Shown in pieces: positions 1 through 14,582 of a DNA stretch of 64,000 nucleotides. Positions within the stretch are counted from its first letter, which is position 1; each line of letters opens with the position of its first letter. A model generated the notes under the pieces. That model did no database searches. It saw only the letters and a list, made by a program, of their open reading frames with translations, and was not told where the DNA came from. A program made the position numbers and the translations under genes. Source of the stretch: Dimorphilus gyrociliatus (lineage: Eukaryota; Animalia; Annelida); assembly GCA_904063045.1 (NCBI GenBank), contig CAJFCJ010000030.1, forward strand, positions 62,001 through 126,000, given 5' to 3'.

Positions 1-901
1 TAAACAATCGTTAGCCGACAAAAAGTTATTTTTTATGCAAATTTGAACAGTAATTAACTCTCGGTGTTCAAAATTAAAGAAAGTAGTATGCAACGTGACG
101 ATTTTGACTGTGTACTGATGTGTGTTTAAGGAGAATTACTTTCATTTTTAACATAGTTCGCCAAAATTTAGGCCTAATTTAGCACTTTTCTCACAATTTT
201 TTATTGAAAACTGCAGATAACTCTGCGTTAAATTCATCTGAGTCAATCGTAAAGAAAATATTTCCAACACCGATTGACCGACTGACCCCGAAGGCCCGAA
301 GGAGAAAACTACTCAATTAGGGTTGCTCGCAATAAATCAGGCCTATACACCCTACTACAAACTCTACAACTGAGTTACTATCATACTTTTTGCTATTTGC
401 TACCCGTTATGGTTACGTATTTCAACAAATACAAGTTTTAATAATTCAAAATTTGCCCCTATTCCTTTTGTGGAGGGTCTACGGACGAACGGACGTTTAT
501 TTATTTATAAGCAGCATTTGATAAAAAAGAATCTTCACCCATTAATCTTATTACAAGCGCCACCTACAAAGAGATGTTGAAGCGCTACCTATCGGTGAAG
601 CGAACTTGCGATAAAATCGGTTTTTCAGCTCAGTGCTCTTCAATTAGTCCCGTTAAATAGACGATGTAGGCAAGAAGGACGGATTCTTTCTCCGAAAGTT
701 TTTTTTATTTTTGTACCCAAATTTCTTAAAGAAATATAAAGGAATAACGAAAGGATATCTTGGAACAACACGTTTTGTTCTATTCGTAAACATTTGTTCA
801 TATATGTATATATCGATGTATATATACATATGCACATAGAGAAGATTCTTTGAAGAAAAAGTTCATGATAGTTCCCGGCCTCTGTGCTGCTTCGCTGTAG
901 G

Positions 902-3900
902 ATGCCGATTCTATGGTTGATTGTAGTGGCTATTGGACTCTGTAGTAAGTTAATTGTTTTTTATTATAGTAGAAATAATAAAACGAACAGATTTGAACAA
1001 CTATAAAAACAAGACGTTAAGTAGTCTAACGACGTGCTTATCGCGTAACGCCTTACCGGTCTATTGCGCTAATTTACCTATTTGATTATGTATGTATTTC
1101 ACTAATTCCTTTCTACTCGGATTTTTTGTTCCATAATATTTTTTGCGTAAATGAACAAAGAGATGAAAGATAAGGAAGCCGACTTTTATCAAGTACAAAA
1201 AAAAAATTTTAATTAGTTATACATAATTAAAATGTATGATTCTTTAATGGTGATTTCAAATATGATATTAAATTTTAGTACATCAACGGCCGAGAACACC
1301 AGCTAAGTACATTACGTTCTCTTTGGCCTATATACTTGACACAACAATCACCCCTAGAGCAGGCGTTCTGATGGCTGAACACATTATTGTACGGGTTATT
1401 CAAGCGTTTTTTTCTCTTTTTTCTTCTTTCAAATACGTACCGTTTTCGTATGTCCTTATATATATATAAAAGTGTATAAAGCTTAGGCTTTTTATGACTG
1501 TTACCGTGCGTTCAAGAATAGCACCCGAATTGAATGAGAATGATTAAGATTTCTCTCTCCTCCTTTATTATTTCTGCAGAAAGAAATTATAACAAAGAAA
1601 AAATTGGAATGTAAATATCCACATTCCCCAAACTTTTCCTATAATTTTCCAAGTGTTTTTCTACGAGATGAGTCGGCAGCACTGCTCTAGCTTATTTTTA
1701 CTTATTTAGCAAGTTGAACCGTGAAATGGCAATAGAAAGCGGGGTATTTCTCATTTAAGGGGGTCGCATGCTGCGTTTGGCAGCCTCGTTTATACATCCA
1801 GCAAGAAGTGGGATCGAAATGAACCCCTATTTTGTACTTTAAAAAAAAATTCCTTCAATCCTCAATTAATATTTTCAACTTTGTATAAAGAAGAAATTAA
1901 GATATGATAATTGTCATTATTATTTCTGTTTAGATTCTTTGAGAGGGTGTGTTTTTTTTAATTAAGCGGTTTTTAATTGGAGTTTATACCTGACTGTGAT
2001 AAAGGGCGTAGCTTACGTAATTCTAAGGGGGCGGAGTTGTGAGAAGAAGAAAAAAAAGACAGTTATATTATAAAGCGTTTAAAGTATTTATGGGCCATAT
2101 ATTGTGAATCGGAAATGAATCGTAAAGAGGTTCTACGATTGTAGTAATAAGAGCGAATCGTCGGTTTAGAGGTGCGCGCGTGACAAATAGGTGGAGAATT
2201 TTTATTTATTTATGGACATAGTTATATTCTTTATTGGATTCCATCTTCCCTTTCTGATTCAATTATTCAACCAATTGATAATACGAAATAGGAATTGTTA
2301 AACTCAGTTAAAACTATACTTTGCGTTAGTATTTTAGAACATTTAAGATATTTAAGAAGGAAGATGGTCTGAAAAAATATTTTTCGTTATTGCGATACTC
2401 AATAAACAGTAATAACGCCTAGCCCGCCGGCGCCGCTTCTTATCCCTATTCTTCGTTCCTCCCCTCGTTCGTACTGCTCCCTGTTTACTAACTGGAACTC
2501 GAGTAAATACTGGGGTCGTATGCAAATGAAGGCGAGGGTGAGATAGCCGGAGCCCTGCATCGCTCTTTTAGCGTCTGTCAGCACCATACCACGCGCTACT
2601 TGTTGCTTACCTTTTAGCCGCCGGCCCTTTTTAAACAGCGATCATGTAAGAAGGTTTTTCGAACAGTATCGAATTTCGCCTCACACTATTTTTAAAAACT
2701 TCGACGTTATAAAACGCGGCGGGCAGTAGGTAATAAAGAAATTAGATCTATAGGCTGACATCTTTTAAAAATCTCTCTGCCTGAACGCTTTACGCTTTTG
2801 ACGGTAGAGAAGGTAGGAAATTGAGCAATAAGGTGTTTGTTTGCCTCAAAGTAGACACCGTGTGTATAAACAAGAACATCTGGTCGGCGATGGCCAAAAA
2901 AAAACTTTTTTCTTAACCCCAACTTTCTTCGTCCGCCTTAAAATCCCTATCTGTGTTTTTTTCTTTCTAATTCCTTTATCTTTTCGCTATTTCTTTTTTC
3001 CTGTTTAAATGTCCTAGCCCTTATTCTTATGTTATTTTTCAACTTTTATGTCGTTTTGGTAACTAGATATAAATATTTATGGCACCATACTCGCTAACTC
3101 GTCTTCGCGAAATTAACGGTATTTTTGCCAATTTCTTTTTTCTCTCCCTCTCACCCCCAGCTTATTCGCTTACTCCGTTTTTCTTTACTTTTCTCGCGTT
3201 CCTTCTTTTTTGTATAATATGCATTTAGGATTTCTTTTTTGGCCCAATGGAAAAACGGTAGCGGGTCGATAAAAAGGATGAAAAGATGCTTTTAATGTTC
3301 TGTTGTATTGTCGTGTCACGTTCAAATTCTGTTGATTTGTGTACCCGACGCCTTCTAGTAATGTTTACAGGTTCTAATTGACGCTTAGTCGCTAGCCTTT
3401 TGAGACGGGGTCTTTTGTACATAAGGTTTACTATAATAAGAGTATAGTACTAAGTAAATGTCGTCGATAAACGACGTCGAAACCGTTCATATATACACTC
3501 TATAAATATATTAACAGGCATTAAACAACATTTAATCCTTTCTCGATATTAGACTCTTCTAACAAGTTCATTAAAAAACCAAGAGACGCAACAATTGATG
3601 TGGGCGGCAGAAAGAGATTTGAGTGTCTTAAGGAGGGAGAGGATGATTACTTATGGAAAATAAATGACGTGAAGGGTGAGTTTCGAGTATTTACTCCCGC
3701 CTTTTTTGTTCACCCTTTTCACGCCTTTTCTCCCTATTTTTATAGCTAATACACTCGGCCTAGAAAATCTGATCATAAGTTCGGGTGCCGACGGAACTTC
3801 TTATGCCGATATTTTTAATGCAACTATTGATTTACACCTCGGTAAATTGGAATGCCAAGCTGGTATGAGTGTGGAGAAAGCTATGGTTGACATAAGAGGT

Positions 3901-6900
3901 TCGTCATTTAGTTTTCTTCACCTTTTTCCTCTTAAAATTTACGCATTCCTTCACTCAGTTAAGCCTAAGCACGTCGCAATTAAACCGAAGAATTTACAAG
4001 ATTGCTACGATTGGGATGACCGAATCAAGTCTTGCCTCAAGGCAAAGAGAAACGGCGGGAGCGGTCCTTATCATCTCGTTTGTACAGCGGACGGCGCCCG
4101 TCCGAAAGGTAATTGAGGCCTCTATTCATCTTTTCTCTATTCGATATGCCCTCCATATTTAAATATATCTTTACTATCTTTTCTCCTATTTAGTTTATTT
4201 CAATTGGTACAAAAACGGTCGTAAATTGTCCAATAGAGAGTTTTCAACAAGCCAAGATAGCTGCTTGACGCCGTTAGATGCTTCAAATTTTGTTAATAAT
4301 AAACCCAAACTCTGCAATTTCAAATCCGTCTTGTTACAAGAATTTTCACCATTGTCGGGTTCAATTAACTTTACGTGTAGTGCTCGAATCGACAATGGTG
4401 AGACTATTGATGGAAAATCTTTAATTATGGAATTTTCTGGTAACTTTACAATTAAGTTTTGTAAATTTCTTATATCAGGCTTTTAAATTCCAGTCCCTCA
4501 AGAGAAACCGGTCATTAAGGACGCAAGTAGCAAACTGATAGACAGTGTCATCAGTGCAAGAGAAGGCGAGACGCTTCGTTTAGTGTGCACTGTGGAAGGG
4601 GGAAATTCTCGAAACGCCAGAGGTACATTTCCTTAATTTATTCATTTAACTTTCTTTTTTATGTACACTGATACATTATAAATAAGATAAATTGTATTTC
4701 TTTCATAGTATATTGGACAGAAGACGGAAGGGTAATCACCTCAGACTTTTCAGTCATTAAATCTTTAGAAGGCAAAATAATTCGTACACGGTATATTATT
4801 ATTTTGAACACATTTGCTTTTTTTAAACCTTTGTTAAAAAAAATAGAAATTTAAGCCTAAAAGTCAAAAAATCTTTAAATGGGAAAGAAATCGCCTGCTT
4901 CAACGGTGATAATAAGAAGGCGGCTTTCTCTTTGAACGTCCTTTGTGAGTGTAAAACTAGAATATGTTTCTATTCGGGATTTTTTTCCCCTCTTTTCATT
5001 ACCTTTTCAATACTTACTCGTCTTTATTGAACAGTTAAACCTCCCAAACCAAAAATTTTCGTGAATTTTAACTCTCTTTGTAAGAAAAAAGATTCGGCTA
5101 TTGTAGAGTGTTTTTGCGGGCCAAGTAACCCTGCGTTCAAAGTAACGCTTATGCACAATGATCAGATTGTAAAGGATTCTTTATCAGAAAGTGATCAAGA
5201 CGCAGATCCGGTAAGTAGAGTATTTAGTTGCTACAGAATCTACTTTCATGTTATGCAATACTTGATATATTCACAGCACACCTACACAACATATCTTCGA
5301 CATAGCATTAAAGTTGTTGGGAAGATTTCCATAGTTTCTTGCAGTTGCAATGGACAACATTCCGATACGAAGAACATCACTCAATGCTGTCAGTGTGCGG
5401 GGGGCGTTAATTAGAAAAAAACGCGGCACCCCATCGTTCTCCACCTATCTTTTTTCTATTTTTGTATTTACACTCCTCCCTTTCTCTCCTAAACAGACCC
5501 TCCAAAGAAGCCAACGCTAAACGTAAAATTCCAAAAGAGTAACGAGATTTATGAGAAAGGCTCTACGGTCGATTTAATATGCAACTCGGATGGTGGATAT
5601 CCCAGGCCCTCTATCACTTGGAAGGAAGGTGATTTACCCATAATTTGCTTGCCTACTGCTATAAATATAGAGATATCTACTTAATTTTCACTATTAGACG
5701 GCGTTCCTTCCAAAAAGCAAGCATTTTCATGCGAAGAATCAGAAAGAACTGGTAGAACCAATAATGATGTTTGCTCTAAGTTAACTATTACATTTAGAAA
5801 GGAAGATAATGGAAAAACATATTCGTTTGTATCTTCTGGAAAATATAAACTTGTATACAGTATAAATTAATTATCCTATTATTTCGATTTATTTATGCCA
5901 GGTGTGTCGGCAAAAACGTTATGGCAACGGGTAGCGAAAGTGAATATGCAGCATATAAAACGTTTAATATTACTTGTAAATAACACTATTTTTTAATTAT
6001 GTCCGTATTTACAGCAATTTATCATATAACCTTTTGCTTCAACAGATTTTCCGGATAATATCACTTTAACAAGCAATAAAATGTCAAAGTTACATGAAAC
6101 GACCAGGTTCATTTGTACTGTTGAAGGTGGGAATCCTCATCCGAACGTAACTTTCCGATTGAATGAAACCATAATAAGGGTTAATAAATTAAGGCGAAAG
6201 CAATTAAGTAATGGTAAATCATTAAATTCTGACGATATTGTTGCAGAAAAATGTTACAACAACGTGGAAAAGATTGTCATCAGCGGGTAAACCCTTTTTA
6301 ACGACAAGTGTATTGGATTTATATATGAACAATGGTTTAATGTTTCGGGTAATTGTCTTCATACTTTCGATTTCCGCTTATTCTAGGCCACTTTCAGACA
6401 TTAAAATGCTTAGCAAAATATCATCCCACAACATTCCATCCAACTTATGAAATCGTCGATGAGTTAAGTTTCCGAGTTGATTGTAAGTAAATTTGTTTAA
6501 TAGTATCCTTCAAAATTAATTAAAATGTTACAATTCTAATCAATTATCACCTTCTTTCTCTCAATTAGCTCTGTATGAACTCGATATCTCATTCAATTAA
6601 TTTTTTTTAATTTCCATTAAATAGCTAAACCGTTTTGGATTTCGAAACCGAATGAGAATTTTACGGCAATAGAAAATAAAGCTTTAAGCATAGTCTTCAG
6701 CATAAATGGAAGACCGTCTGTCTATTCTTATTCTCTACTGAAAAATGGAAGTATCGTTCCCAAAAGTCATTATCGAGTTATATCCAATCGCTTTTTGAAT
6801 TTGTTGAAATTGAAAAGATACGATCACGGTAAGTTAAACACTGATGAAAATAAGCCTAAGAACGTTTTAGAATTACCTTAGAAAATTTGCCTTTTTCAGG

Positions 6901-9249
6901 AAGTCTATTCACATTTATTGTGTCAAATTCACACGGGAATACCCAGGCAACATTCCGAATAACGGTCAATTGTAAGTTGATATTTGATGTTATAGTTAGT
7001 TGTATAAGAAAAAAATTAACTGATGATATCGAATTACTCAGATAAACCCGAAATAAAAGCCATAGGAAAAACGAATATAGTCTTAAATGTTACACAAAGC
7101 CTTATCCTCACTTGCCACTCAGAGGGACGACCTACTCCTGGTCATAAGAACGTGTACTGGAGAAAGAAGAACGGCGTCTTGGATACACGTCGTTTCACGC
7201 AACAGGTACTATTCCGCAATTGAATTACGTAATTCGTCTGTATCTGTTAATGTTGCCCTTAGGTCTTTAATCAAGGCAGTATTGTTGTCAATCAATTGAA
7301 TTTGACGTCCGCATTGAGACAAGACGACGGCCAATACCAGTGCCATAGCTATAATACGGCTGGAGTGTCTAAGCCTCAAAACTTTTCTATTTCTGTTAAT
7401 TGTAAGATCAATTATCTTATTAAAAATAAAGATAAGAATTAACTTGAAGAAAAATATTTTTTTAACCCTTCCCGCTGAGCAGATCCGCCTATTATACAAT
7501 CGTCCGACAAGAAGTTCGCGGCAGACTATACCAAATCGACGACTTTGATCTGTAAAGCTATCGGACGTCCATCTGTTAAATACAACTGGTTTAAGGTAAA
7601 AAGGCTGTTTAATAAAATAGCAAAGATATAGATTAAAAACAAAGCTGCTTTTCATTTACTTGTAGTTACCCGAACGTACACCGATTAAAATATCTGGTAA
7701 ATTCTCCTTGAAAAATTCAGGTATTAGTTATTTTGTTTCTCTTTTTTAATGACAATTATGTAAATAAGATTTTATTTGCACAAAAGGAAATTTGAAGATA
7801 GATAAGTTATCGAGAGAAGATTATGGTTTTTATCTATGCCAGGCTAGCAACCTCCTAGGAAATGATACGAAAACCGTTGAGCTTGCCCTAGTGGGTGAGT
7901 AGGCTTAGCTTACTTTCTTACAGACTAATGAAGTCTTCGATAAAATCTCGTTAAATGCCCCCGTTTTGCAGGCCCCCCTGATAAGCCATTTAACCTCTCT
8001 TTCTCTGAACTTACCCCGAGAAGTTTGACCGTTTCATGGTCGGCTGGATTCAATGGGGGATTAGAACAGACCTTTGAAGTAAGTATATTATTACGACATC
8101 TAAAAGAACGTCATAAAAAACTTTTTGTCTAACTCTCCTTGCAGGTGAAATACGCTGTCTTCGAAGAAAAAGAAAAGATTGAAGCTATTAAAATAGTAGG
8201 AAAGAGCACCAAGTGTGCACTTGAAAGTATTTAAAATTTGACTGAATAATAAGTATCTAAGAGAGATTTTATACAGATTTAAAACCTGGCAGAAAATACT
8301 CTATTAGTGTACGATCGCGAAATGCAAAGGGTTCTAGTGGGTTTACTTCTCCAAAAAAAGTAACATTAGCTGACATTGATTGGGAGGAGTTAGCACCCGG
8401 TCAGCGTAACGATGATACTCCGCTAACTATCATATTGATTATATGTGTAGCGACGGCCGTATTAATTGGCTGTAATGTGGTGCTTATCTTTTTTTGCGTT
8501 CGTCGAAGAAAAAAGAATTCTTTAACAAGCCGTAGCGAAAGCTCAGGGTCGTCAAATGCAGATCATTCGCCCGTCATTGTAAAGCCTCTACCTGATATTA
8601 CGTCGTCTTATAGTAAAGTACCGGATGTCTATCCTACAAATGAAGACGCCTATGAAGTAAGATCAAACCGATAAAACTACCAGATTTTTATGACTTAAGA
8701 TTACTCTACTTTAATAGTCGTACACATATTTATGCATACATATATACATACATACATACATACATACATACATTCATACGTATATACGTATGTATACTGT
8801 ATATATAAATATAAATACGTATAATACTTAAAACAGTACGATGACGATGTTGATCCCAATTTCTACCAACAAGACGAACAAGTTTATCCGGATATCGTTA
8901 ATTCTCAAAATGGTGATGATGGCAATTATTATCCTTCTTATGTCTGTAAGTTTCCATTGCCTAATTAATTTGCTATACTTTATATGATAATTTTTTCTCT
9001 CCCAAGATTACCCTAATGGGGTCGACGTTTATGACTTGCATAGTGTTAAGCAGGACAGTCAATCTTCTAGCCAAAGTAATTTAGCCGCTGTTAACCTTAA
9101 AACTTTCCAATTTGGTACGTACCACTTAATAGCATTAAAAGTACTAGAAAATTATATGTATAAATTAATAGCATCTTCACTAATAGCTTCTTTAAATATC
9201 TTATTTTTTAGATGATCCACCCGGTGGACAGATAGATCATTATGTTTAA
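902..9249 (+). CDS. Nephrin/SYG-2/Sns-like single-pass Ig-superfamily adhesion receptor (signal peptide, about 9 Ig domains, FN3, TM, Tyr-rich tail); multi-exon
   Basis: Signal-peptide exon MPILWLIVVAIGLC (902-944, then gtaagt) joins in phase to the exon at 3553 (SSNKFIKKPRDATID). Repeated Ig motifs: VCTADGARP/WYKNG, CTVEGGN, CNSDGGYPRPSITW, CHSEGRPTP..YW, DDGQYQC, EDYGFYLCQASN. FN3 PPDKPFNL..VSWSAGFNGG. TM near 8435-8500 followed by RRRKK. Last exon ends QIDHYV-stop at 9247-9249 (human nephrin ends GHLV). The link to the first exon is inferred. Confidence 0.78.
8745..8772. repeat. (TACA)7 microsatellite in an intron of the nephrin-like gene
   Basis: tacatacatacatacatacatacataca visible directly. 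Confidence 0.9.
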
Positions 9250-9937
9250 TTTGATTAAGTTTGGATTGTTTGTTTCGTATCTTGATTCATTTTGCAGAAT
9301 ATGCAGAATTATATTGTTATTCCCCAAATGAACTTTTTGATTTACAAAAAGAAATTCAATAATTATGATTATTATTATTATTAAATATTTTTTTTAATGT
9401 TTAAAGATGTTACAATTGTAATTTTGAATGATTTTTTTTTATACAAATACAATTATTATAATTACATTTTGACAAATAAATTGCAGTCAAGCATTGCAGT
9501 CACGACAAATTCGAAACACAAAAGTGTTTTTAATGACTCTAATTAGAATAAGCTCTGTGTATCCTAAACGAAGGACGTAATTACCCATTCTATTTAAAGA
9601 TTGTCCTATAATTAAGTACTAAGAAAAAAGGCAAAGTCAAAGAAAGTAAGATAAAAAAAACATTAAAGAATAAAGCGGAAGTCGATTCTGTTACGTAACA
9701 AGAAAGTCTTTTGTATTTTAACTTTTAATGTTACATACTGGCCTGTCTGTGTGATACTGGTATTATTAGTATTTTAGGCCATCTTAAGCATTTGTCTAGA
9801 ATGTAACAAAACAGAGCATAAATCCATTTTGTATTTTATGTTGTTGAAAAAAAAAGAACATACACTTTACAAGTTAAATCCTATAGAATATCCTTTTAAA
9901 GTCTTTAAGACTTCAATTGTTCTTCATTATCTAAAAG

Positions 9938-12900
9938 ATGAACGAAAATGGAAGAGAAGATATCCTGGACAAACAAGAAACTAGTATTAGGCTCGTACCC
10001 AACAGTAAGTCAATTGTTGTCTTTTTTCCACAAGGGAATTTAACTTAAAAAATAAATAACGGCTTTTGTTTCTTTACCAGTCTTTCTATCCCTTTTCTCT
10101 TTCTCCTTTTCGATATCTTTGTATAGTAATATTAATATATATATATATATATTGTATAAATATAAATATTATTATTCTAAATTACTCTAATAGCAGAATA
10201 CAAGGTTAAAGATTGTAAACAAAAAGTGGACTATGAAATCAATAGAAGATCCTCTACAGGTTTGTATCAAATTACAATTCAAGAAGATTAATATACAAGG
10301 AAAATTTATGTTCTTTAATTGTAACAAAATCATTGAGTACTTCGTCCTCTCCCTTTTTCTTATGTCTAAACCAACTACCTTCTAATATTTCCGATTGAAG
10401 ACAATAATGTTTTTTAATTAATTTAAACAAACGCTTTATTAGAGAATAGTCCAGATTATGAAATATGGGAAGATGATTACTCATACGATAATCGAAAGAG
10501 AGCTTGTATATCATCTTCAGAGGATTTAGAAACAGAAGAAGAAGAAGAGGGAAGAGAAGAAGAAGAAGAAGAAGCAGAGGGAAAAGGTGAAGATGGAATA
10601 ACTGAGATGTAAATTTCTTATTTATAAATAAAACGACGTCAGATTCTTAGTTAATTGATTCCCAATAGGCAAAGTGATGGCTCCTCCATACAGGAAAAAG
10701 TAAGGACAAGTTTTCTTTTAAAAAAGAAAAAAACAACAAATAAATATAAAAGCCTGCTAAAAAAATAACCTATTTACATGTTTTGTCACTCTTCTTTCTC
10801 TATAGGATAAAAGGGAAGATGATTTATATAATTTATATATGAACATTCTGAATATTAATGTTTCTCATTTAACAAAGCTGAAGATATATAAGGTTTTGAT
10901 ATTTTATCAGGGGAGAATAGAATAGAATGACTATCTTTCATTCATTCTTTTAGACTTTTAGCGAACAATTGCAAACAGAGAGGAAATTGGAGGAAAGTTT
11001 TATAAAAATCTTTAAAAATGGGCCACTAGCTCAATACGAAACATGCATTGGTTTTCATAAGAATTTGGTTGAGTTTTTAAGAGTGCATTTATCCAAATGG
11101 TTTGATTTCCTTCTCTTTAATAAATAATAAAGAAGATTGATTGAATTATTATCCATTGTGTAGGAAGGAGGAAAACGAAAGTAAAACGGAGTTAAGAAGG
11201 AGGATAATTAAAGAATTTCAATCGAAGGCCCATTACTTTAAAATGTACGTGGAATGCATAGCAAGAATATCTACAACAGATACAGCAATAGAAGAGAATC
11301 TTCAACAGAGCGAATCCTATCAAAAAATTGAAAATCGTATTAAACAAACTGTGATTATCTCCCATTATCTTTTCGTAAAAAAAATATAAAAAGTAATTAA
11401 CTCTTTGTAGAAAGAATATCAACAAAATTCAACAAACAGCCTAAGAGAGATAATAAGATCCCCTTGTTATCTTTTATCAAAAATGAAAGTTTGCTTTGAA
11501 GATTATAGGAAAATTTTAGAGAAACTTGAACCGAAAACTCCTATTGGGGAATTGGACGAAGAGAAAAAAGGAGTTTTAGGTTAAACATTACTTACTTAAT
11601 TAATCAATTGAACGTATTTGTAGTAGTTTTCATTTACCGACAGAAATAACTGAATTGATAAAGCATATTTTAACAACAGGCAATAAATTAGTGCCTCAAT
11701 ATGTAAGTATATAATTAAATTAATTATTAATCATTAATAAATAAACATCAATAATAAAAACAATAACATACATAGGTAATTGCAGAAGAAATGAACAAAA
11801 TTGCTAATTCATTAGAAATGACTAAGAAGAAAAAGTTTGCTTTTCCACTTAGAGATAAAAGGTTTCCTGCATGGTTTGTACCAGATTCCACAAAACCATA
11901 TTATAAGAGAGAGAATCCTGTAAAGCTTAAGCAGATTGATGAAAAACATAGTAAAACTTATGAAAGATTTCTATATATTGTTTGTATTTTGTTGTTTTTT
12001 AATTAATTAAAAGTTTGTTTTTTATACTTAGTTTAACGATATTTTATTGATTACGTCTAAAATACGAACTCTAAATGGTGAAAAGTATCGTATTAAACAT
12101 CAAATTCGCTTTTACGACCTTAATAAGGTAAATTTTAGTCAATTTCATTATCTATTCATAACTTAGCGTTACCCCTTTTAGATAACCGAAATTAATTCGG
12201 ATGAGAAAGTTCCATATACAACATTCTTAATGGTTTCAACAAATCATTCATTCATCTTTACAACAGAGTAAAAACGTCTCTCTGCAACAATACTTAAAAA
12301 TTTAATTAAAATAGTATTTTTTTTTTATCTTACCGCTTTTCTCCAGGAATAAAGAATTTCTAAATGATTTAAATAGAGTAATCAACGATTATAAAAGACA
12401 ATCTAAAGATAGTATCGATATGGTAATTTATTCATAAAATTTCCTCTGGTAATCGATAATTTTTTCAATTGTTTCTTTCTTTTATAGCTAAGAATCTATT
12501 GCGAAAATCATCACGTAAATTCAATGAAAAGTGGTAAAATATTTAAATGTTCGTCAAGACGAAAGCAGAATACTGCAAACAACAGTTTGAGTGCAGACGA
12601 CGAGGAAAATGTTAATAAATCAATGCATAGAATGACTTTTATAAATATTTATATAGAAATTTTCACTTTATTTCGTTATGCTTTTAGATTCAAATGGTTG
12701 ATATTAGTAAGGATGGTAGAAAGTGGAATAAGCGAAAATATTTATCATTAATTATTGAGAATAATAACCAAGGTTTATTAAATTTCTACCATCAGAGAGA
12801 GGTAATTAATATTAAATATTATAATGCCCTCCCCTTATCCCTCCTTCTCAACTCTTTAAATAAGACAAATGAATATTCATAATTTATTTATAGAACTCGA

Positions 12901-13242
12901 AAGAATTCTTCAATCAATCCCTATCCGATTGGATTATTGAGGAGAGCTGTTATTCGGATTCAATCCTTATTTTACTGCCTAAGAGGAACTCTTTCGGAAA
13001 TAAACTTACCCTATACATTCGCTTTGGAAATGTAGATGCTTGTCAAAAGTTTGTCTTAATTTATTATTATCATTTTTAATAATTTAATCATAAATAGATG
13101 GCTCTACAATATAAATAAATACGCATCAAACGATACAGAAGAAACCGGTAATAATAAATCAACGGTAAGAAAGCCCGAAGTTAGAAAAAGCATCTTAAGT
13201 AAGTTATTCTCAAGAACACGAGCCCTGAGTAATTCTTGGTAG
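9938..13242 (+). CDS. Divergent Dbl-family (DH-PH-PH) RhoGEF-like protein, FARP/FGD-like core with an acidic N-terminal region; multi-exon
   Basis: Manually joined exons: ATG 9938 (MNENGREDIL), Glu-rich tract near 10520-10590, DH-like EQLQTERKLEESF...FHKNLVEFLRVHLSKW...HYFKMYVECI, PH-like FNDILLITSK..YRIKHQI, second PH-like KWNKRKYLSLII..LLNFYH and VDACQKWLYNIN, stop TAG 13240-13242. Similarity is recognised by eye and is weak. Confidence 0.55.
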
Positions 13243-14582
13243 AAAAAAGCAGCTATTAATTTTATTGATATTCTTAAAATGAACATTTGTAACCTAATGT
13301 AACACTTTAAACATAATAAATTATTTATATAATTGATTGCATTTATCTCTCCTATAGTTAGATATTTTCGTATGTTGGTACCAATATTTTATATATACAG
13401 TGTATATATAGATGTATATATGGTATATATCTTATATTTGTATACGTATAACAAGCGGTATAGATGAAAAAAAAAGTAATTATTGCTGCCCCCTTTTACT
13501 CTTATGTTCGATTATTGAAACCTTAGATGTAAAGTGATAGGATTTTTGTATAGCGAGCTACCATACGCAATCAAAGTAACAAAAAACACTCATGTTGACA
13601 TAGTTTTGCTTAATGTCAATATATTTATCATTTGAATATATACCCTGTATACAGCATATCCATCTCCATTTCTTCTCAATTCCTCGAGAATTACTCATTA
13701 CTAACGAATTTCCACCATTCCTTAGATATCCTTTAATAACCTCCATACGATGTATAGTAAATAGTGTATCGTTGATCGGAAGAGCTCTTTCCTTAGCGAT
13801 GGTTTCGTTGTCTTCTTTGACTTCAACTATTGATAAAGAAAAGCTCTCTTTTATTCGCTATTGTTACTTTTTGACATAGACGGTTTGTGAATTGATAGTA
13901 CTTTTTAGGTAATTCAAAATCAAAGAATGCAGATAGAAAAGATACCCTCGCCCCTGGGTGAATAATCATGCATTGCTATCAAACCATATAAAATAATCAA
14001 GTACTCAATTAAATCGACATCTTTTCTTGTCTCTCAAGGATCTATAACTCTCTGCCAAATATTTTAAGAATGCTCTTCGTTTCTTGATATATTTTGATGC
14101 AGTCGATTAATTTTACAAAAGACAATAGAAGTATTGTATTACGCTAATTCAGGCAAGATATTTTATTTTTATACGACTTTATTTTGAAGAGAAAAGAGAC
14201 TTTTTAAGAATTTTAATGATTAATATAAAATCTCTGTGTTATTCTCGTAGGCTACAAAAGATTTACGACTTAGATCAAAGATTCTATCATTAAAACTAAA
14301 GAAGGTCTGGTTAAACGATTCGCGATAAGGTTAGTATAGATCTGCTTTATTTCTTCATAGATCAGTAGTCATCATATTTCACTTTTCTTATATTTTAACT
14401 CATGAAATGTACTCTTGTCACTTGAAACAAGCATTCCTCGCATTTTAAGCTCTATAAAACTTTTTCTTCTAATCGAAGAGAGGGCGCTTTTAATTAATAT
14501 TAATACCAGTTTATTATTCCAAATTTGAAAAAAGAACTCGACGGGCGCCAAAATAAGACGTAAAAAACCGGTAAGACCGAAA

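Noticed and set aside
1605-1627. TGGAATGTAAA matches the 5' half of miR-1 and forms a small hairpin with ACATTCC
   Set aside because: The match stops after 11 nt and the stem is only 7 bp, far short of a pre-miRNA.
9888-9896. ATATCCTTT, resembling a U12-type AT-AC donor (similar strings near 6503 and 13728)
   Set aside because: None of these falls at a boundary required by a gene model. The junctions I traced are all GT-AG.
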